Positions 1-10,892 of a stretch of 39,655 nucleotides of DNA are shown piece by piece. Location of the stretch: positions 1-39,655 of IMG/VR virus record IMGVR_UViG_3300027769_000061; one strand, written 5' to 3'. The DNA is from a virus (lineage: Duplodnaviria > Caudoviricetes). Under the pieces are notes generated by a model that saw only the letters and a list, made by a program, of their open reading frames with translations, was not told the origin of the DNA and did not search any database. The position numbers and the translations under genes were made by a program. Every line of letters begins with the position of its first letter. Position 1 is the stretch's first letter.

Positions 1-820
1 GAAGTCCTTGAGTACCTTGAATACCCTGAAGTCCTTGTGTTCCTTGGGAACCTTGAGTACCTTGAAGTCCTTGTCTACCCTGAAGTCCTTGAAGTCCTTG
101 AGAACTTTGTGTTCCTTGAATACCTTGAGAACCTTGAAGACCTTGAGTACCCTGAAGTCCTTGTGTTCCTTGAGTACCCTGAGTACCTTGAATACCTTGA
201 AATCCTTGAATGCCCTGAGTACCTTGGAGACCTTGAGTACCTTGAATACCTTGAAATCCTTGAATGCCCTGAGTACCTTGAAGTCCTTGAGTACCTTGAG
301 TACCTTGAATACCTTGAAGTCCTTGAGAACCCTGATTACTAAGACCTTGAAGACCTTGAAGTCCTTGTGTTCCTTGGGAACCTTGAGTACCTTGAAGTCC
401 TTGTCTACCCTGAAGTCCTTGAAGTCCTTGAGAACTTTGTGTTCCTTGAGTACCCTGAAGTCCTTGTGTTCCTTGAGTACCCTGAGTACCCTGAAGTCCT
501 TGAATACCTTGAATACCTTGAGTACCTTGAAGTCCTTGAGTACCTTGAGTACCTTGAATACCTTGAAGTCCTTGAGAACCCTGATTACTAAGACCTTGAA
601 GACCTTGAAGTCCTTGAGTACCTTGAGAACTTTGAGTACCCTGAGTACCCTGAAGTCCTTGAGTACCTTGAATACCCTGAAGTCCTTGTGTTCCTTGGGA
701 ACCTTGAGTACCTTGAAGTCCTTGTCTACCCTGAAGTCCTTGAAGTCCTTGAGAACTTTGTGTTCCTTGAATACCTTGCAGTCCTTGAGTACCTTGAGTA
801 CCTTGAGTACCTTGTGGACC
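1..820. repeat. 9-bp-unit tandem repeat encoding (Q-G-X)n, with higher-order blocks
   Basis: Units ccttgagta, ccttgaagt and ccctgaagt. An approximately 89-bp block recurs at 31, 361 and 682. Confidence 0.95.
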
Positions 821-2353
821 TCTAATAACTCCAACATTTACCCATGTAGCAGTTGGTGTTGCTCCATTAGATACCCATAGATTTCCATCTGGGTCGTTAA
901 TGACACCAGATCCAGGACCATAAGTAGATGACGGGAAATAATAATTTAGATATCCTTGAGGATTATTTGGCCCTCCACCAGGATAGGTAGCATTAACATC
1001 AGTAGCAAAACCTACAATAGTTACCGATGTTCCATCTTTACCTATTGAACCCTGAATGCCCCCCGAACCTTGAAGACCTTGAGTACCTTGAGAACCCTGA
1101 TTACTTAAACCTTGAGTACCTTGAAGTCCTTGAGAACTTTGAGTACCTTGAAGTCCCTGAGAACCCTGATTACTTAAACCTTGAGTACCTTGAGTACCTT
1201 GAAGTCCTTGAGTACCTTGAGAACTTTGAGTACCCTGAGTACCCTGAAGTCCTTGAGTACCTTGAATACCCTGAAGTCCTTGAAGTCCTTGAGAACTTTG
1301 TGTTCCTTGAGTACCCTGAAGTCCTTGAGTACCTTGAGAACTTTGAGTACCCTGAGTACCCTGAAGTCCTTGAGTACCTTGGAGACCTTGAAGACCTTGA
1401 GTACCTTGAATACCCTGAAGTCCTTGTGTTCCTTGAGTACCCTGAGTACCTTGAGTACCTTGAAGTCCTTGATTAGCTCCACCTTGAATACCCTGAGAAC
1501 CTTGAATACCTTGAAGTCCTTGAGTACCTTGAAGTCCTTGAATACCCTGAAGACCTTGTATTCCTTGGGAACCTTGAGTACCTTGAAGTCCTTGTCTACC
1601 CTGAAGTCCTTGAAGTCCTTGAGAACTTTGTGTTCCTTGAATACCTTGCAGTCCTTGAGTACCTTGGAGACCTTGAAGACCTTGAGTACCTTGAATACCT
1701 TGAAATCCTTGAATGCCCTGAGTACCTTGAAGTCCTTGAGTACCTTGAGTACCTTGAAGTCCTTGAGTACCTTGAATACCTTGAAGTCCTTGAGAACCCT
1801 GATTACTTAAACCTTGAGTACCTTGAGTACCTTGAAGTCCTTGAGTACCTTGAGAACTTTGAGTACCCTGAGTACCCTGAAGTCCTTGAGATCCTTGAAG
1901 ACCTTGTGTTCCTTGAGAACCTTGAAGACTTTGTGTTCCCTGAGTACCCTGAAGTCCTTGAAGACCTTGAAGTCCTTGAGTACCTTGAGAACTTTGAGTA
2001 CCTTGAAGTCCTTGTCTACCTTGAGAACCCTGAGTACCTTGAAGTCCTTGAGAACTTTGAGAACCTTGAAGACCTTGAGTACCTTGAGTTCCCTGAAGAC
2101 CTTGAGTACCCTGAATACCTTGAACAAGTAATTCTTCGGATGGTATCCAATACCTTTTTCCAGTGTATCCACCAACTGCAGTTAAAACATATTGTTCGCC
2201 AATTGGGTATGGGTTTACTCCAACAGAAGATACTCCAACTAAAGGATCTCCTAAATCGGGTTCTGCCTGCTCCAATCCTAGAAATTCATACCTGTCTGAA
2301 GTAATTCCAGATTGATTAAATCTTATAACTCTACCAGAATTATACTTAGTCAT
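1..2353 (-). CDS. Collagen-like (Gly-X-Gln repeat) virion fibre protein, partial (runs off the left edge)
   Basis: Not in the ORF track. ATG at 2353 reads [40 protein letters not shown]...[19 protein letters not shown]. The (QGX)n frame at the window's left end matches the start codon frame. A non-repeat insert lies at about 820-1050 ([12 protein letters not shown]...GNLWVSNG...[12 protein letters not shown]). Confidence 0.88.
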   Translation of the reverse strand, partial: MTKYNSGRVIRFNQSGITSDRYEFLGLEQAEPDLGDPLVGVSSVGVNPYPIGEQYVLTAVGGYTGKRYWIPSEELLVQGIQGTQGLQGTQGTQGLQGSQSSQGLQGTQGSQGRQGLQGTQSSQGTQGLQGLQGLQGTQGTQSLQGSQGTQGLQGSQGLQGTQGTQSSQGTQGLQGTQGTQGLSNQGSQGLQGIQGTQGLQGTQGTQGLQGTQGIQGFQGIQGTQGLQGLQGTQGLQGIQGTQSSQGLQGLQGRQGLQGTQGSQGIQGLQGIQGLQGTQGLQGIQGSQGIQGGANQGLQGTQGTQGTQGTQGLQGIQGTQGLQGLQGTQGLQGTQGTQSSQGTQGLQGTQGTQSSQGLQGLQGIQGTQGLQGTQGTQSSQGTQGLQGTQGTQGLSNQGSQGLQGTQSSQGLQGTQGLSNQGSQGTQGLQGSGGIQGSIGKDGTSVTIVGFATDVNATYPGGGPNNPQGYLNYYFPSSTYGPGSGVINDPDGNLWVSNGATPTATWVNVGVIRGPQGTQGTQGTQGLQGIQGTQSSQGLQGLQGRQGLQGTQGSQGTQGLQGIQGTQGLQGTQGTQSSQGTQGLQGLQGLSNQGSQGLQGIQGTQGTQGLQGTQGIQGIQGLQGTQGTQGTQGLQGTQGTQSSQGLQGLQGRQGLQGTQGSQGTQGLQGLQGLSNQGSQGLQGIQGTQGTQGLQGTQGIQGFQGIQGTQGLQGTQGIQGFQGIQGTQGTQGTQGLQGTQGLQGSQGIQGTQSSQGLQGLQGRQGLQGTQGSQGTQGLQGIQGTQGL
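1050..2126. repeat. 9-bp-unit tandem repeat encoding (Q-G-X)n
   Basis: Same unit family, with interruptions encoding QSSQG and LSNQG. Confidence 0.95.
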
Positions 2354-2358
2354 TTATT

Positions 2359-2718
2359 TTATTGTTTTGCTGTTTCCAAAATACTTAATAATAAATTAAG
2401 TACATTATTTGCATTTCCCTGTATTTTAATAACATCCCCAGTTTCAAGTGCCAATTTTCCATCACTAATTAAGTTAAAACTATCATTTGGGGGAATTGAA
2501 ACTGAATTAGCAAACTTATAATCACTTGGAGATTCTATACTTCTAGAATGTATTGCAGTTACTTTATATACAGAACTTCCTGCACCCGCAGAAATATTTG
2601 TTACTTGAGATAAAATTATTACCGATGCAACTCCAATAGGACAAGTATAAATACCAACATTTTCTGTTGTAATTCCAACTCGAATTGTTCTAAATTTATT
2701 AAGTGCTACAACTGCCAT
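2359..2718 (-). CDS. Hypothetical virion structural protein
   Basis: 119-aa beta-rich ORF tightly packed between fibre genes. The GKLALETGD.I motif is typical of small phage structural proteins. Confidence 0.7.
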   Translation of the reverse strand: MAVVALNKFRTIRVGITTENVGIYTCPIGVASVIILSQVTNISAGAGSSVYKVTAIHSRSIESPSDYKFANSVSIPPNDSFNLISDGKLALETGDVIKIQGNANNVLNLLLSILETAKQ

Positions 2719-2722
2719 TTAC

Positions 2723-5700
2723 TTATTTTGATAATGCTATTACTAAAGGTGTTACTGTATTTAATAAACTTTGACTAAAAGCTCTTCCAGAAATAGTGCC
2801 AGTTAACTGATTAATTACAACATCATCACCAATTTGGAAATTTCCAGATTGATTTGTGCTAGTATATACAACTTCTCCACCATTTCTCTTATCAACTTCA
2901 TTTTGTTGAATTGCTACTCCACCCAAAGCAGGTTTTGCTTTATTTATGTTTGTACCAGAACCTACCCATTCAAGAGATATTGAAGTTGCAAGTTGAAGAC
3001 TTAATCTAGAAAAATAAACTGTTGTTCCTGCACTTACATTATTGTTTAAATTTTGAGTGAGAACTATTGTAGATATTCCAGAACTAGGTAATGATGCACT
3101 TTCAACTTTATAATATGTTGGATATAAAACTGTTGTAGCAGCAGCACCAATTCCACCAGATGTATTTGTGAAAGAAATATTAGGGGAACTCGAATATTGA
3201 CTACCACCACTAATAACATCAATTGAAACTACAGATCCATTAATAACATTTGCAGATGCCTCTGCCGCAATCCCATCAGGACCTGTGGGAGAATCTATTA
3301 CAACTGTTGGCGGATTAGCATCAGAATATCCACTACCACCATTAATAACATCTATTCTAATTATATTATAATAAAGATCTCCAAAATAAATTGCCTGCCC
3401 ATCATAAGGTCTTAATGAACCAATACCAGAAACAACGACCGTATCAGTTTCTATTTTTGCAGTTGAAACTACATTTCCAGTATAGCGATAAATTGATCTC
3501 GTTTTATTATCACCAACTCCATTTGAAACTAGTCCATAATTTCCAAAAGAAGCGTTTGAATTAGTAATATCACACTGTCCTCCCGATTCAGTATAAATTC
3601 CAATATCATCACAAATTGTAAAAATAGAAACTAATTGAGCATAAGCACCATTACTAACTGATACGCCAATACCTCCCTGATTATATTGTGTATAAGAATC
3701 AACAGACATGGTTCCTGTTACGCCAATATCATCTTGATCTCCCGGCTCTGCGGCAAATCCATCAACCTTCATTCCTATACTGTTGGATATAAAATTAGTG
3801 CAATTTCTAACATAAGGACCCTGTGTAATTGGACCAACACCAGGAGAATAAGTATTTCCACCAATTTTTGTAGAAGACCAATTATTACTTGAGAATGCAT
3901 TATAATCTGATGGATATGTGGTATTAATTCCAGCACCACCAAGAGCACTTAATCCAGTATTAATAATTGTGGTCACAATACCAATACAACTGTTGACAGC
4001 AGAAAGAACATTTGCACAATTTCCAATACTATTATTTGTTGCTCCATCTGGTTGCATACTTAAATCTCTAATCTGCGTATAAAGACTTTGATTATTTCCA
4101 GTCCATACAACATTATTAATGCAAGAAAATGCAATTCCGATAGCATATTGCAATGTATCAATAGTGGCAGTTTTCACACTATATCCATTAATATCAGTTC
4201 CAGTAATATGTTGCAGTGCTCCTCCGGAGGTATAATAGGTTTTTCCAGCACCTACAGATTTTGAATTTCCACCACGAGTAATATCAAAACAAACCGCCTT
4301 AAAAATATCTTTTATATCATCTTTACAATCATTTGGATTTCCTGTTGGAACTACAAATGTCGGATTTTTATAATTTGTACTTGTTAAATATCCGACTGCT
4401 TCTGATGCAATAAAATCAAGATTCATACGAATTATTCTTGCACCATCAAAAAATCTATTAGAAGATACTCCAGATAATGGTTGAAGAGCAACAATTGCTG
4501 CGCCATTAGTTGATGATTGACCAGTAAAACTTAAATCTGTAATATGACATCCATTATTAAGATGAAACAAATCTAATCCAGAATTTTGAGGTGTAATCAT
4601 ACAATTTCTTAATTCTGTTCCCTCAACTGAAACTGTTTTAGACAAAATAATTGGATTATTTTCAATATAAACTCCAGGGAAAACCTTAATTGTATCACCA
4701 AAACTTGCAATTCCTGCAGCGTTTTTAATTGTTCTTTTTGGATGATTTTCTGCAAGACCTGTATTACTATCATTACCATTTTGCGAAACATAAATTGTTT
4801 TTCCAATTGGTCTATAAGAAACTATTGTAACTTGACCTTTATTTCCTGGAGTTTGTGTAGGGTAAAGATCTATTCCAATTCCGGAAATTAAATCTGTTAC
4901 AATGCCAACTAAATTTACACCACCACCATAATATTCTGTTGCGGTAGCAGTACCAACAACAGTTAATGTATTTGTTATTACACTTGTCCCAATACCTAAA
5001 CTTCCACTAGAAGGATTATAGACTAATTTTTCACTAGAAACATATGCTGTTGCGGCATATCCGGAAATATTTTTAGAGAATTGAGGATAACTAAGTTTAT
5101 TTGTTGAATTATCATTTACAATTTCAAATTGATTTATACCTTGAGATCCTTGAGTACCTTGAGTACCTTGAAGACCTTGTATTCCTTGAGTACCTTGAAT
5201 ACCTTGAAGTCCTTGAGTACCTTGAAGTCCTTGAGAACCTTGTGTTCCTTGAAGTCCTTGAGTACCTTGAATACCTTGAAGACCCTGAAGACCTTGTATT
5301 CCTTGAGTACCTTGAATACCCTGAAGTCCTTGAGTACCTTGAAGACCCTGAAGACCTTGTATTCCTTGAGTACCTTGAATACCCTGAAGTCCTTGAGTAC
5401 CTTGAAGACCCTGAAGACCTTGTATTCCTTGAGTACCTTGAATACCTTGAAGTCCTTGAATACCCTGAAGACCTTGAGTACCTTGAGTACCTTGAAGTCC
5501 TTGAGAACTTTGAGTACCTTGAATACCCTGAAGACCTTGAGTACCTTGAGTACCTTGAGTACCTTGAAGTCCTTGAGAACTTTGAGTACCTTGAATACCC
5601 TGAAGTCCTTGAGTACCTTGAAGTCCTTGAGAACTTTGAGTACCTTGAATACCCTGAAGTCCTTGAGTACCCTGAAGTCCTTGTATTCCTTGAGTACCTT

Positions 5701-7036
5701 GAATACCTTGAATACCCTGAAGTCCTTGAGTACCTTGAGTACCTTGAAGTCCTTGTATTCCTTGAGTACCTTGAGTACCCTGAAGACCTTGAGTACCCTG
5801 AAGACCTTGAGTACCTTGAGAACTTTGAGTACCTTGAATACCCTGAAGACCTTGAGTACCCTGAAGACCTTGAGTACCTTGAGAACTTTGAGTACCTTGA
5901 ATACCCTGAAGTCCTTGAGTACCTTGAGTACCTTGAAGTCCTTGAGAACTTTGAGTACCTTGAATACCCTGAAGTCCTTGAGTACCTTGAAGTCCTTGTG
6001 CTCCTTGTGCTCCTTGAGTACCTTGAAAATTACTTAATGCGCCCTGAAGACCTTGAGTTCCTTGAGTGCCTTGAAGTCCTTGTGCTCCTTGTGCTCCTTG
6101 AGTACCTTGAATACCCTGAAGTCCTTGAGTACCTTGAAGTCCTTGTGCTCCTTGTGCTCCTTGAGTACCTTGAAAATTACTTAATGCACCTTGAGTACCT
6201 TGAAAATTACTTAATGCGCCCTGAAGACCTTGAATACTTTGAACGCTTATACCTTGAAGAGAATCAATACTAACCCAAGAAACTCCACCACTATTATTCT
6301 TAAGTAAAATTTCATTTGGATTACCAGGATTATTATTATAATCATAAATTGTTCCTTTAAGTCTTATATTTCCAAATTCACAAGTTGTAAGAGGAATATA
6401 ATTAGGGTAAAGAGGAACTCCTTGATTCAAAATAAAAATTCCATCTGTAGAAATTCCAATTGAATCATTAACACAATTACCAAGATTTAGTTCTGCAGTT
6501 TGTGGAATCCAGCGAAGTCCTCCCTGATCTCTAACTAAATCATATCCATTTTTTCCAGGAACATTTACAGAATCATAAATTGTTACATCAATTTTTGCAC
6601 TTCCAGCAATGTCTATTTTTTGTTGAGGTATTGTACTACCAATTCCAACATTTCCAGTTAAAACATTTGCTCTTAAAGTTGTTCCTCCACATCCAACATC
6701 AAGACCATCTCTTACAGTAACAATTCCTACATTAATATTTTCTTCAACATAAACATTTTTACCAAAATAAGAATCACCATCAAAAATTGATTTCCCTAAA
6801 ACATTTAAATTTTTTACGGCAATAGAAATATTTTTTAGGAAAGAAAAATTTGCCTTTATTTCTCCATGAATTCTTACATCTTTATAAAAAATTACATCTT
6901 CATTAAAATGTGATTCAAGTCCATAAAAATTACTATCTTTTGCTGGTTCTTTATAAGGAACTTGATTACTTTTAGATTCACTACTTGTGTCAAAATCCGA
7001 AAGATCTGGTTTTGTTTGCTTACAATTTTCTGCCAT
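2723..7036 (-). CDS. Large tail fibre/baseplate-associated protein with an internal collagen-like segment and a pectin-lyase-like C-terminal region
   Basis: 1437 aa. GNVGIGST fibre motifs, about 375 aa of (QGX)n, then IYVSQNGNDSNTG...PKRTIKNA...GDTIKVFPGVYIE, a typical beta-helix start. GGSGYS..PTVVI repeats near the C-terminus. Confidence 0.8.
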   Translation of the reverse strand: MAENCKQTKPDLSDFDTSSESKSNQVPYKEPAKDSNFYGLESHFNEDVIFYKDVRIHGEIKANFSFLKNISIAVKNLNVLGKSIFDGDSYFGKNVYVEENINVGIVTVRDGLDVGCGGTTLRANVLTGNVGIGSTIPQQKIDIAGSAKIDVTIYDSVNVPGKNGYDLVRDQGGLRWIPQTAELNLGNCVNDSIGISTDGIFILNQGVPLYPNYIPLTTCEFGNIRLKGTIYDYNNNPGNPNEILLKNNSGGVSWVSIDSLQGISVQSIQGLQGALSNFQGTQGALSNFQGTQGAQGAQGLQGTQGLQGIQGTQGAQGAQGLQGTQGTQGLQGALSNFQGTQGAQGAQGLQGTQGLQGIQGTQSSQGLQGTQGTQGLQGIQGTQSSQGTQGLQGTQGLQGIQGTQSSQGTQGLQGTQGLQGTQGTQGIQGLQGTQGTQGLQGIQGIQGTQGIQGLQGTQGLQGIQGTQSSQGLQGTQGLQGIQGTQSSQGLQGTQGTQGTQGLQGIQGTQSSQGLQGTQGTQGLQGIQGLQGIQGTQGIQGLQGLQGTQGLQGIQGTQGIQGLQGLQGTQGLQGIQGTQGIQGLQGLQGIQGTQGLQGTQGSQGLQGTQGLQGIQGTQGIQGLQGTQGTQGSQGINQFEIVNDNSTNKLSYPQFSKNISGYAATAYVSSEKLVYNPSSGSLGIGTSVITNTLTVVGTATATEYYGGGVNLVGIVTDLISGIGIDLYPTQTPGNKGQVTIVSYRPIGKTIYVSQNGNDSNTGLAENHPKRTIKNAAGIASFGDTIKVFPGVYIENNPIILSKTVSVEGTELRNCMITPQNSGLDLFHLNNGCHITDLSFTGQSSTNGAAIVALQPLSGVSSNRFFDGARIIRMNLDFIASEAVGYLTSTNYKNPTFVVPTGNPNDCKDDIKDIFKAVCFDITRGGNSKSVGAGKTYYTSGGALQHITGTDINGYSVKTATIDTLQYAIGIAFSCINNVVWTGNNQSLYTQIRDLSMQPDGATNNSIGNCANVLSAVNSCIGIVTTIINTGLSALGGAGINTTYPSDYNAFSSNNWSSTKIGGNTYSPGVGPITQGPYVRNCTNFISNSIGMKVDGFAAEPGDQDDIGVTGTMSVDSYTQYNQGGIGVSVSNGAYAQLVSIFTICDDIGIYTESGGQCDITNSNASFGNYGLVSNGVGDNKTRSIYRYTGNVVSTAKIETDTVVVSGIGSLRPYDGQAIYFGDLYYNIIRIDVINGGSGYSDANPPTVVIDSPTGPDGIAAEASANVINGSVVSIDVISGGSQYSSSPNISFTNTSGGIGAAATTVLYPTYYKVESASLPSSGISTIVLTQNLNNNVSAGTTVYFSRLSLQLATSISLEWVGSGTNINKAKPALGGVAIQQNEVDKRNGGEVVYTSTNQSGNFQIGDDVVINQLTGTISGRAFSQSLLNTVTPLVIALSK
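5135..6260. repeat. 9-bp-unit tandem repeat encoding (Q-G-X)n inside the 1437-aa gene
   Basis: [11 protein letters not shown] repeats with QSSQG and GALSNFQG interruptions. Confidence 0.95.
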
Positions 7037-7039
7037 GTA

Positions 7040-7603
7040 TTACAATACCGAATTTAAAACTGCTTTAGAAACACCACTGATAAACCCACCAAGAAAATCC
7101 CCACCAACATAAGTGCCAGCAAAAACGCTCTTTAAGAATCCTTTTCCCAATTCATCAATTAAATTTCCAGTTTGTGCTGTTATATCAATTTTATTACCTT
7201 GTATTAGAGTTCGACCAGATCCACTTTTAAGATCAATATTTCTGCCTGCCTTTAAGTGTATATCTTCATCTGCTTCAAGCATAATAGAAGTTCCGCGAAT
7301 GCGAACCATTCCATTTGCAGTAATTGAAACATTTCCATTATTTCCAATAATAATTATATCTTCTCTTCCCTCTTCATGTTTTGATCCACCAGAAATTTGA
7401 ATGGTACGATCATTATAAATTGAAAATATTCCACCGCTACTTAAAGAAATTGATGATTGATTGTCTCCATTATCAGTTACACCATAAATTTTATAAACAT
7501 CCATACCAGATAAACCCATTTGTGGGTTTGCAGTATCAATTCTAAAATTCGGATTAAAACTGATTATTTGTCTCTTAAATATATTTTTATTTCTTTCTGC
7601 CAT
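7040..7603 (-). CDS. Baseplate spike gp5 C-terminal-like beta-helix protein
   Basis: 187 aa with short alternating beta-strand repeats (NVSITANGMVRIRGTSIMLEADEDIHLKAGRNIDLKSG), directly downstream of the gp5 N-terminal gene. Confidence 0.6.
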   Translation of the reverse strand: MAERNKNIFKRQIISFNPNFRIDTANPQMGLSGMDVYKIYGVTDNGDNQSSISLSSGGIFSIYNDRTIQISGGSKHEEGREDIIIIGNNGNVSITANGMVRIRGTSIMLEADEDIHLKAGRNIDLKSGSGRTLIQGNKIDITAQTGNLIDELGKGFLKSVFAGTYVGGDFLGGFISGVSKAVLNSVL

Positions 7604-7604
7604 T

Positions 7605-9548
7605 TTACTTAGGACATTGTACTACAGTTTGTATTTCGCCAGTAAATGTTGGAGTTCCTAATAATGGTCTGAGAATTGCTCCACTACCAGCATTAGATCC
7701 AGAAACCCCAGAAAATCTAGTATCAACAGTTAATATGGGTAAAGTCTGAATAACATTATTTAGAGGTTTAACTTGATAGATACTTCCATCAATTATTTGT
7801 GTTGTATACTCGTTACCAACATCATCAATAACAATATCTCCATCTACATAACCAGATCCACCATCTTCTACTATAACATCAAAGACTGAATATTCTGAAA
7901 TATCTCCAACTGAATAATTTTCACCTTCGGATACCATGTATATGGATTCAAGTTCACCATTCTCATTAATTAAAGATCTTCCAACTGCACCATAACCTTG
8001 CTCGTTATCATCAACAATCTCAATAAATGGTGGGAAAGTATATCCAGATCCTGGATTTGTAATCTGAACTCCAATAACACTTCCAGTAACATTACCATCT
8101 GGTCCAGTTACAACATTTCCAAAAATAGGAACTGCAGTTGCATTAGATCCTGTTCCTCCAAAAATGTTAATAATGGGTGGATTTGCAAATTGCAGGGCAC
8201 CAGAAAAACATTCAACAACTGAATTTGGATCAACTCCGGAATTTTCAATATCTACAAGATTTTTTACATTATTATATGGATTTACATTTCCATATTTTGG
8301 ACCACCACCAACAACCCATTCATTTGCTAGTCCTTGATAATTGCTGAAATTTTGTTTACAATCAAATGCTGCACCAGAAACTCCTAGTCCGTCAACAACA
8401 GATCTCATTGTCTTACCAACACTAAAATCAGAGAAGAATTGAAGTAATTTTGCAACTCCAGTAAGAGGTGAAGACATCAATGTTTCAAGATTATCAATAA
8501 TTGAATTTAAAAGTGATCCAACAAATTGGTCTTCTACACAACTTACAAACCTGTCTATATTCTCAACTGCAGATGTAATAATATTCGTAACAATATTTTT
8601 AAGTTTATCAATAACTTCTCCGGCAACACATGAAAATGAATCCTCAAGTGCCTTTACTGGACCTACCATTGCTTTTTGTGCGGCAACTCCAGCAGCATGA
8701 GCAATTATAGGATTTCCTGTAGCAGCAAGAACTGTAGCAAAAACAAGTTTGTATAATAACTTTAATCCTTGATTTAAAAGAGTTTTGAGTAATTTAATTA
8801 ATGGATTCATAAAAAGACCCACAAACTCATTAGAAAGAAGCACAATTTTATCAACTGCTTTTCTTATTTCATTTGTTATTTTTTGAGCATTTCCTTGAAA
8901 TCTTTTTACTCTTTTAATTAAATTCGTAACAACCGACTTTATTTTAGAAGTTTTTGCATTTTGTGCAGTATTTGCAAGAGGAATAATATCACCAATTGCA
9001 GAGTTTGCTGATATTACTTGATATCCAAAGATTGAAGATAGTTGTTTTCCTTGTTCTACACTAACATCTGGTGGAGTTGGCAGAGAACTTTGTGTTACTT
9101 CATTAGTCTCATTAGTATTTGTTCCCCCATTTTTTGGAACTAAACTGGAAAATCCAGTGAATGGTATAAATGGAGATTCATATGTCGTGGAAGGAACTGA
9201 ACTTGTTCTTCCAAATGTTGCCAGAATCACAGGTATTTGAGCATTATCACCATCTAAGAAAAATCCAAGAACAACATCACCTGGTTGCAATTGAACTCCC
9301 GTTGCAACATTAGCAGCACCACTGCCTGCTGTTGTTGGTATTAAGCATTGTGCCCATGGTAGATCTTCATTCGGAAGATCTGCTTCACTGTAAGGATGAT
9401 ACCCAAGAATTCTTACTTTAAATCGATTACCCCACCCACCACCAGTGAGTTGTTCTCCCATAGATTCAATTGGTGGAATTTGCCCAATCCACCAACGAAA
9501 TCCATCTCTACCAATAAAGTTGCTCTGAAGTAATGATTGATCTAACAT
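7605..9548 (-). CDS. gp5: Baseplate hub/spike protein, T4 gp5-like (N-terminal OB fold)
   Basis: FIGRDGFRWWIG...RFKVRILGYH...LPNEDLPWA...VLGFFLDGDNAQIPVIL is the gp5 OB-domain signature. Confidence 0.85.
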   Translation of the reverse strand: MLDQSLLQSNFIGRDGFRWWIGQIPPIESMGEQLTGGGWGNRFKVRILGYHPYSEADLPNEDLPWAQCLIPTTAGSGAANVATGVQLQPGDVVLGFFLDGDNAQIPVILATFGRTSSVPSTTYESPFIPFTGFSSLVPKNGGTNTNETNEVTQSSLPTPPDVSVEQGKQLSSIFGYQVISANSAIGDIIPLANTAQNAKTSKIKSVVTNLIKRVKRFQGNAQKITNEIRKAVDKIVLLSNEFVGLFMNPLIKLLKTLLNQGLKLLYKLVFATVLAATGNPIIAHAAGVAAQKAMVGPVKALEDSFSCVAGEVIDKLKNIVTNIITSAVENIDRFVSCVEDQFVGSLLNSIIDNLETLMSSPLTGVAKLLQFFSDFSVGKTMRSVVDGLGVSGAAFDCKQNFSNYQGLANEWVVGGGPKYGNVNPYNNVKNLVDIENSGVDPNSVVECFSGALQFANPPIINIFGGTGSNATAVPIFGNVVTGPDGNVTGSVIGVQITNPGSGYTFPPFIEIVDDNEQGYGAVGRSLINENGELESIYMVSEGENYSVGDISEYSVFDVIVEDGGSGYVDGDIVIDDVGNEYTTQIIDGSIYQVKPLNNVIQTLPILTVDTRFSGVSGSNAGSGAILRPLLGTPTFTGEIQTVVQCPK

Positions 9549-9551
9549 TTT

Positions 9552-10892
9552 TTATTTTTTTGCCTCTTTACTTATACCAAAAGTATCCCTTATAAGTTTC
9601 ATAGAAGTATAAGAATTTTCAGTATCAAAATGGTGACATAGTTCCTTAATCATATATAGTCCACTTGTCTCAGAATCAAATTCTTTTGCATCAGATTGTG
9701 TAATTTTTGGAAAATTACATTCAATCACATCACCAGCTCTTAAATTTGTATTTGATGGAACAACCATGCTTACCGTTTGAGTAAACATAGTATTATATCT
9801 CATCAAACTTTGTGATTGATATTGACCCTGATCAGAATTGATTTCTCTTGATGCTCCTTTTTCTAAAGTTCCAACGTCATAAATTGCAGTAATAATGCGA
9901 GTTGGAACATCACCTAAAGATTTGTCAGATCCCTCCGCAATAGGAGGAAGTTTTAATCTACTACCAAGAGTTTTTGCTTTTCCAGAATAATCTTTTGAAC
10001 TAAAAAGACCTTTTTCTGGACTTGAGAATGAAAAATCCAAAGGGTTAAAGAACATTCTTTGAGTTGCATAAGTTCCCAATCTAAGTTTTTCAATCAAATT
10101 TTGGTTTTTATCAGTATAATAATTCAAGATTTTAAAATCATTATTAACTTTTTTATCACTCTCATCATAAGATTCTGATGATTCTGTGTAAGTATAAGTT
10201 GCTTTAGGAGTTTGGACAATCAGTTCATCAAGAGATCTAAATTGAAATCCATCTTGGGTTTGATAAAATAAAAATCCAGCGGTGGGATTTCCAGAACTTT
10301 CTGGAACTGCTTTTGATGCTAACCAAATTAGAACAGTAAATGGTTTTCTTAGATTTCCAATAAATCCATACTTGTTTGAAGAAGAATCAATTTTTCCTAT
10401 TTTATTTGTTTTTAGATAATCATTTAAGATTCTTTGAACAGAATCACTAATTCTTAATGAAGTTGGAAATTTTTTTGAAACTCTTGATGTTTCATTGGTG
10501 ATTGCTTCTCTTGATGTTAAATGTAATGTAAATGTTTCTCTGTTTGTTTCTGAAATAACATCAGTAATACTTGAAACATAAAAGTAATCATCAGTTTTTT
10601 TAGAAAAATTTAAACCAGGATTAGTTGCAGAGTTTCCTGCGATTTTGAGTGAAAGTCTTTCACCACCTCTTAAAGGAAGTCCATTATAAATTGCTTGCTT
10701 ATTTCCATCTGGATTATCTTTAGGCGCAATGACATTACCATTGTCAACAACTTTAACTTTTGCAGTAATTGTTGGTGAAAAAATATCTTCATAGTATTCA
10801 AAAAGAATTACTCCAGTTGTAAGATCTATAGTTCTAGATCTATCATTAGATTCTAATATTAACTCTTCGTATATCGACTTTTTAATTGACAT
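9552..10892 (-). CDS. Baseplate hub protein (gp27-like)
   Basis: 446 aa. YYEDIFSPTITA, FLFYQTQDGFQFRSLD and SGLYMIKELCHHF motifs; lies directly upstream of gp5. Confidence 0.65.
   Translation of the reverse strand: MSIKKSIYEELILESNDRSRTIDLTTGVILFEYYEDIFSPTITAKVKVVDNGNVIAPKDNPDGNKQAIYNGLPLRGGERLSLKIAGNSATNPGLNFSKKTDDYFYVSSITDVISETNRETFTLHLTSREAITNETSRVSKKFPTSLRISDSVQRILNDYLKTNKIGKIDSSSNKYGFIGNLRKPFTVLIWLASKAVPESSGNPTAGFLFYQTQDGFQFRSLDELIVQTPKATYTYTESSESYDESDKKVNNDFKILNYYTDKNQNLIEKLRLGTYATQRMFFNPLDFSFSSPEKGLFSSKDYSGKAKTLGSRLKLPPIAEGSDKSLGDVPTRIITAIYDVGTLEKGASREINSDQGQYQSQSLMRYNTMFTQTVSMVVPSNTNLRAGDVIECNFPKITQSDAKEFDSETSGLYMIKELCHHFDTENSYTSMKLIRDTFGISKEAKK

Noticed and set aside
1-2126. Possible CRISPR array or non-coding satellite
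   Set aside because: There are no unique spacers. Variation is codon-phased and preserves Gly every third residue, so the repeat is protein-coding.
8-6273. Long plus-strand ORFs (STLKSL.../EYLEVL...) and minus-strand KVLKVL ORFs over the repeats
   Set aside because: These are shadow frames of the stop-poor 9-bp repeat. The QGX minus frame is continuous with real non-repetitive domains and co-oriented with neighbouring genes.
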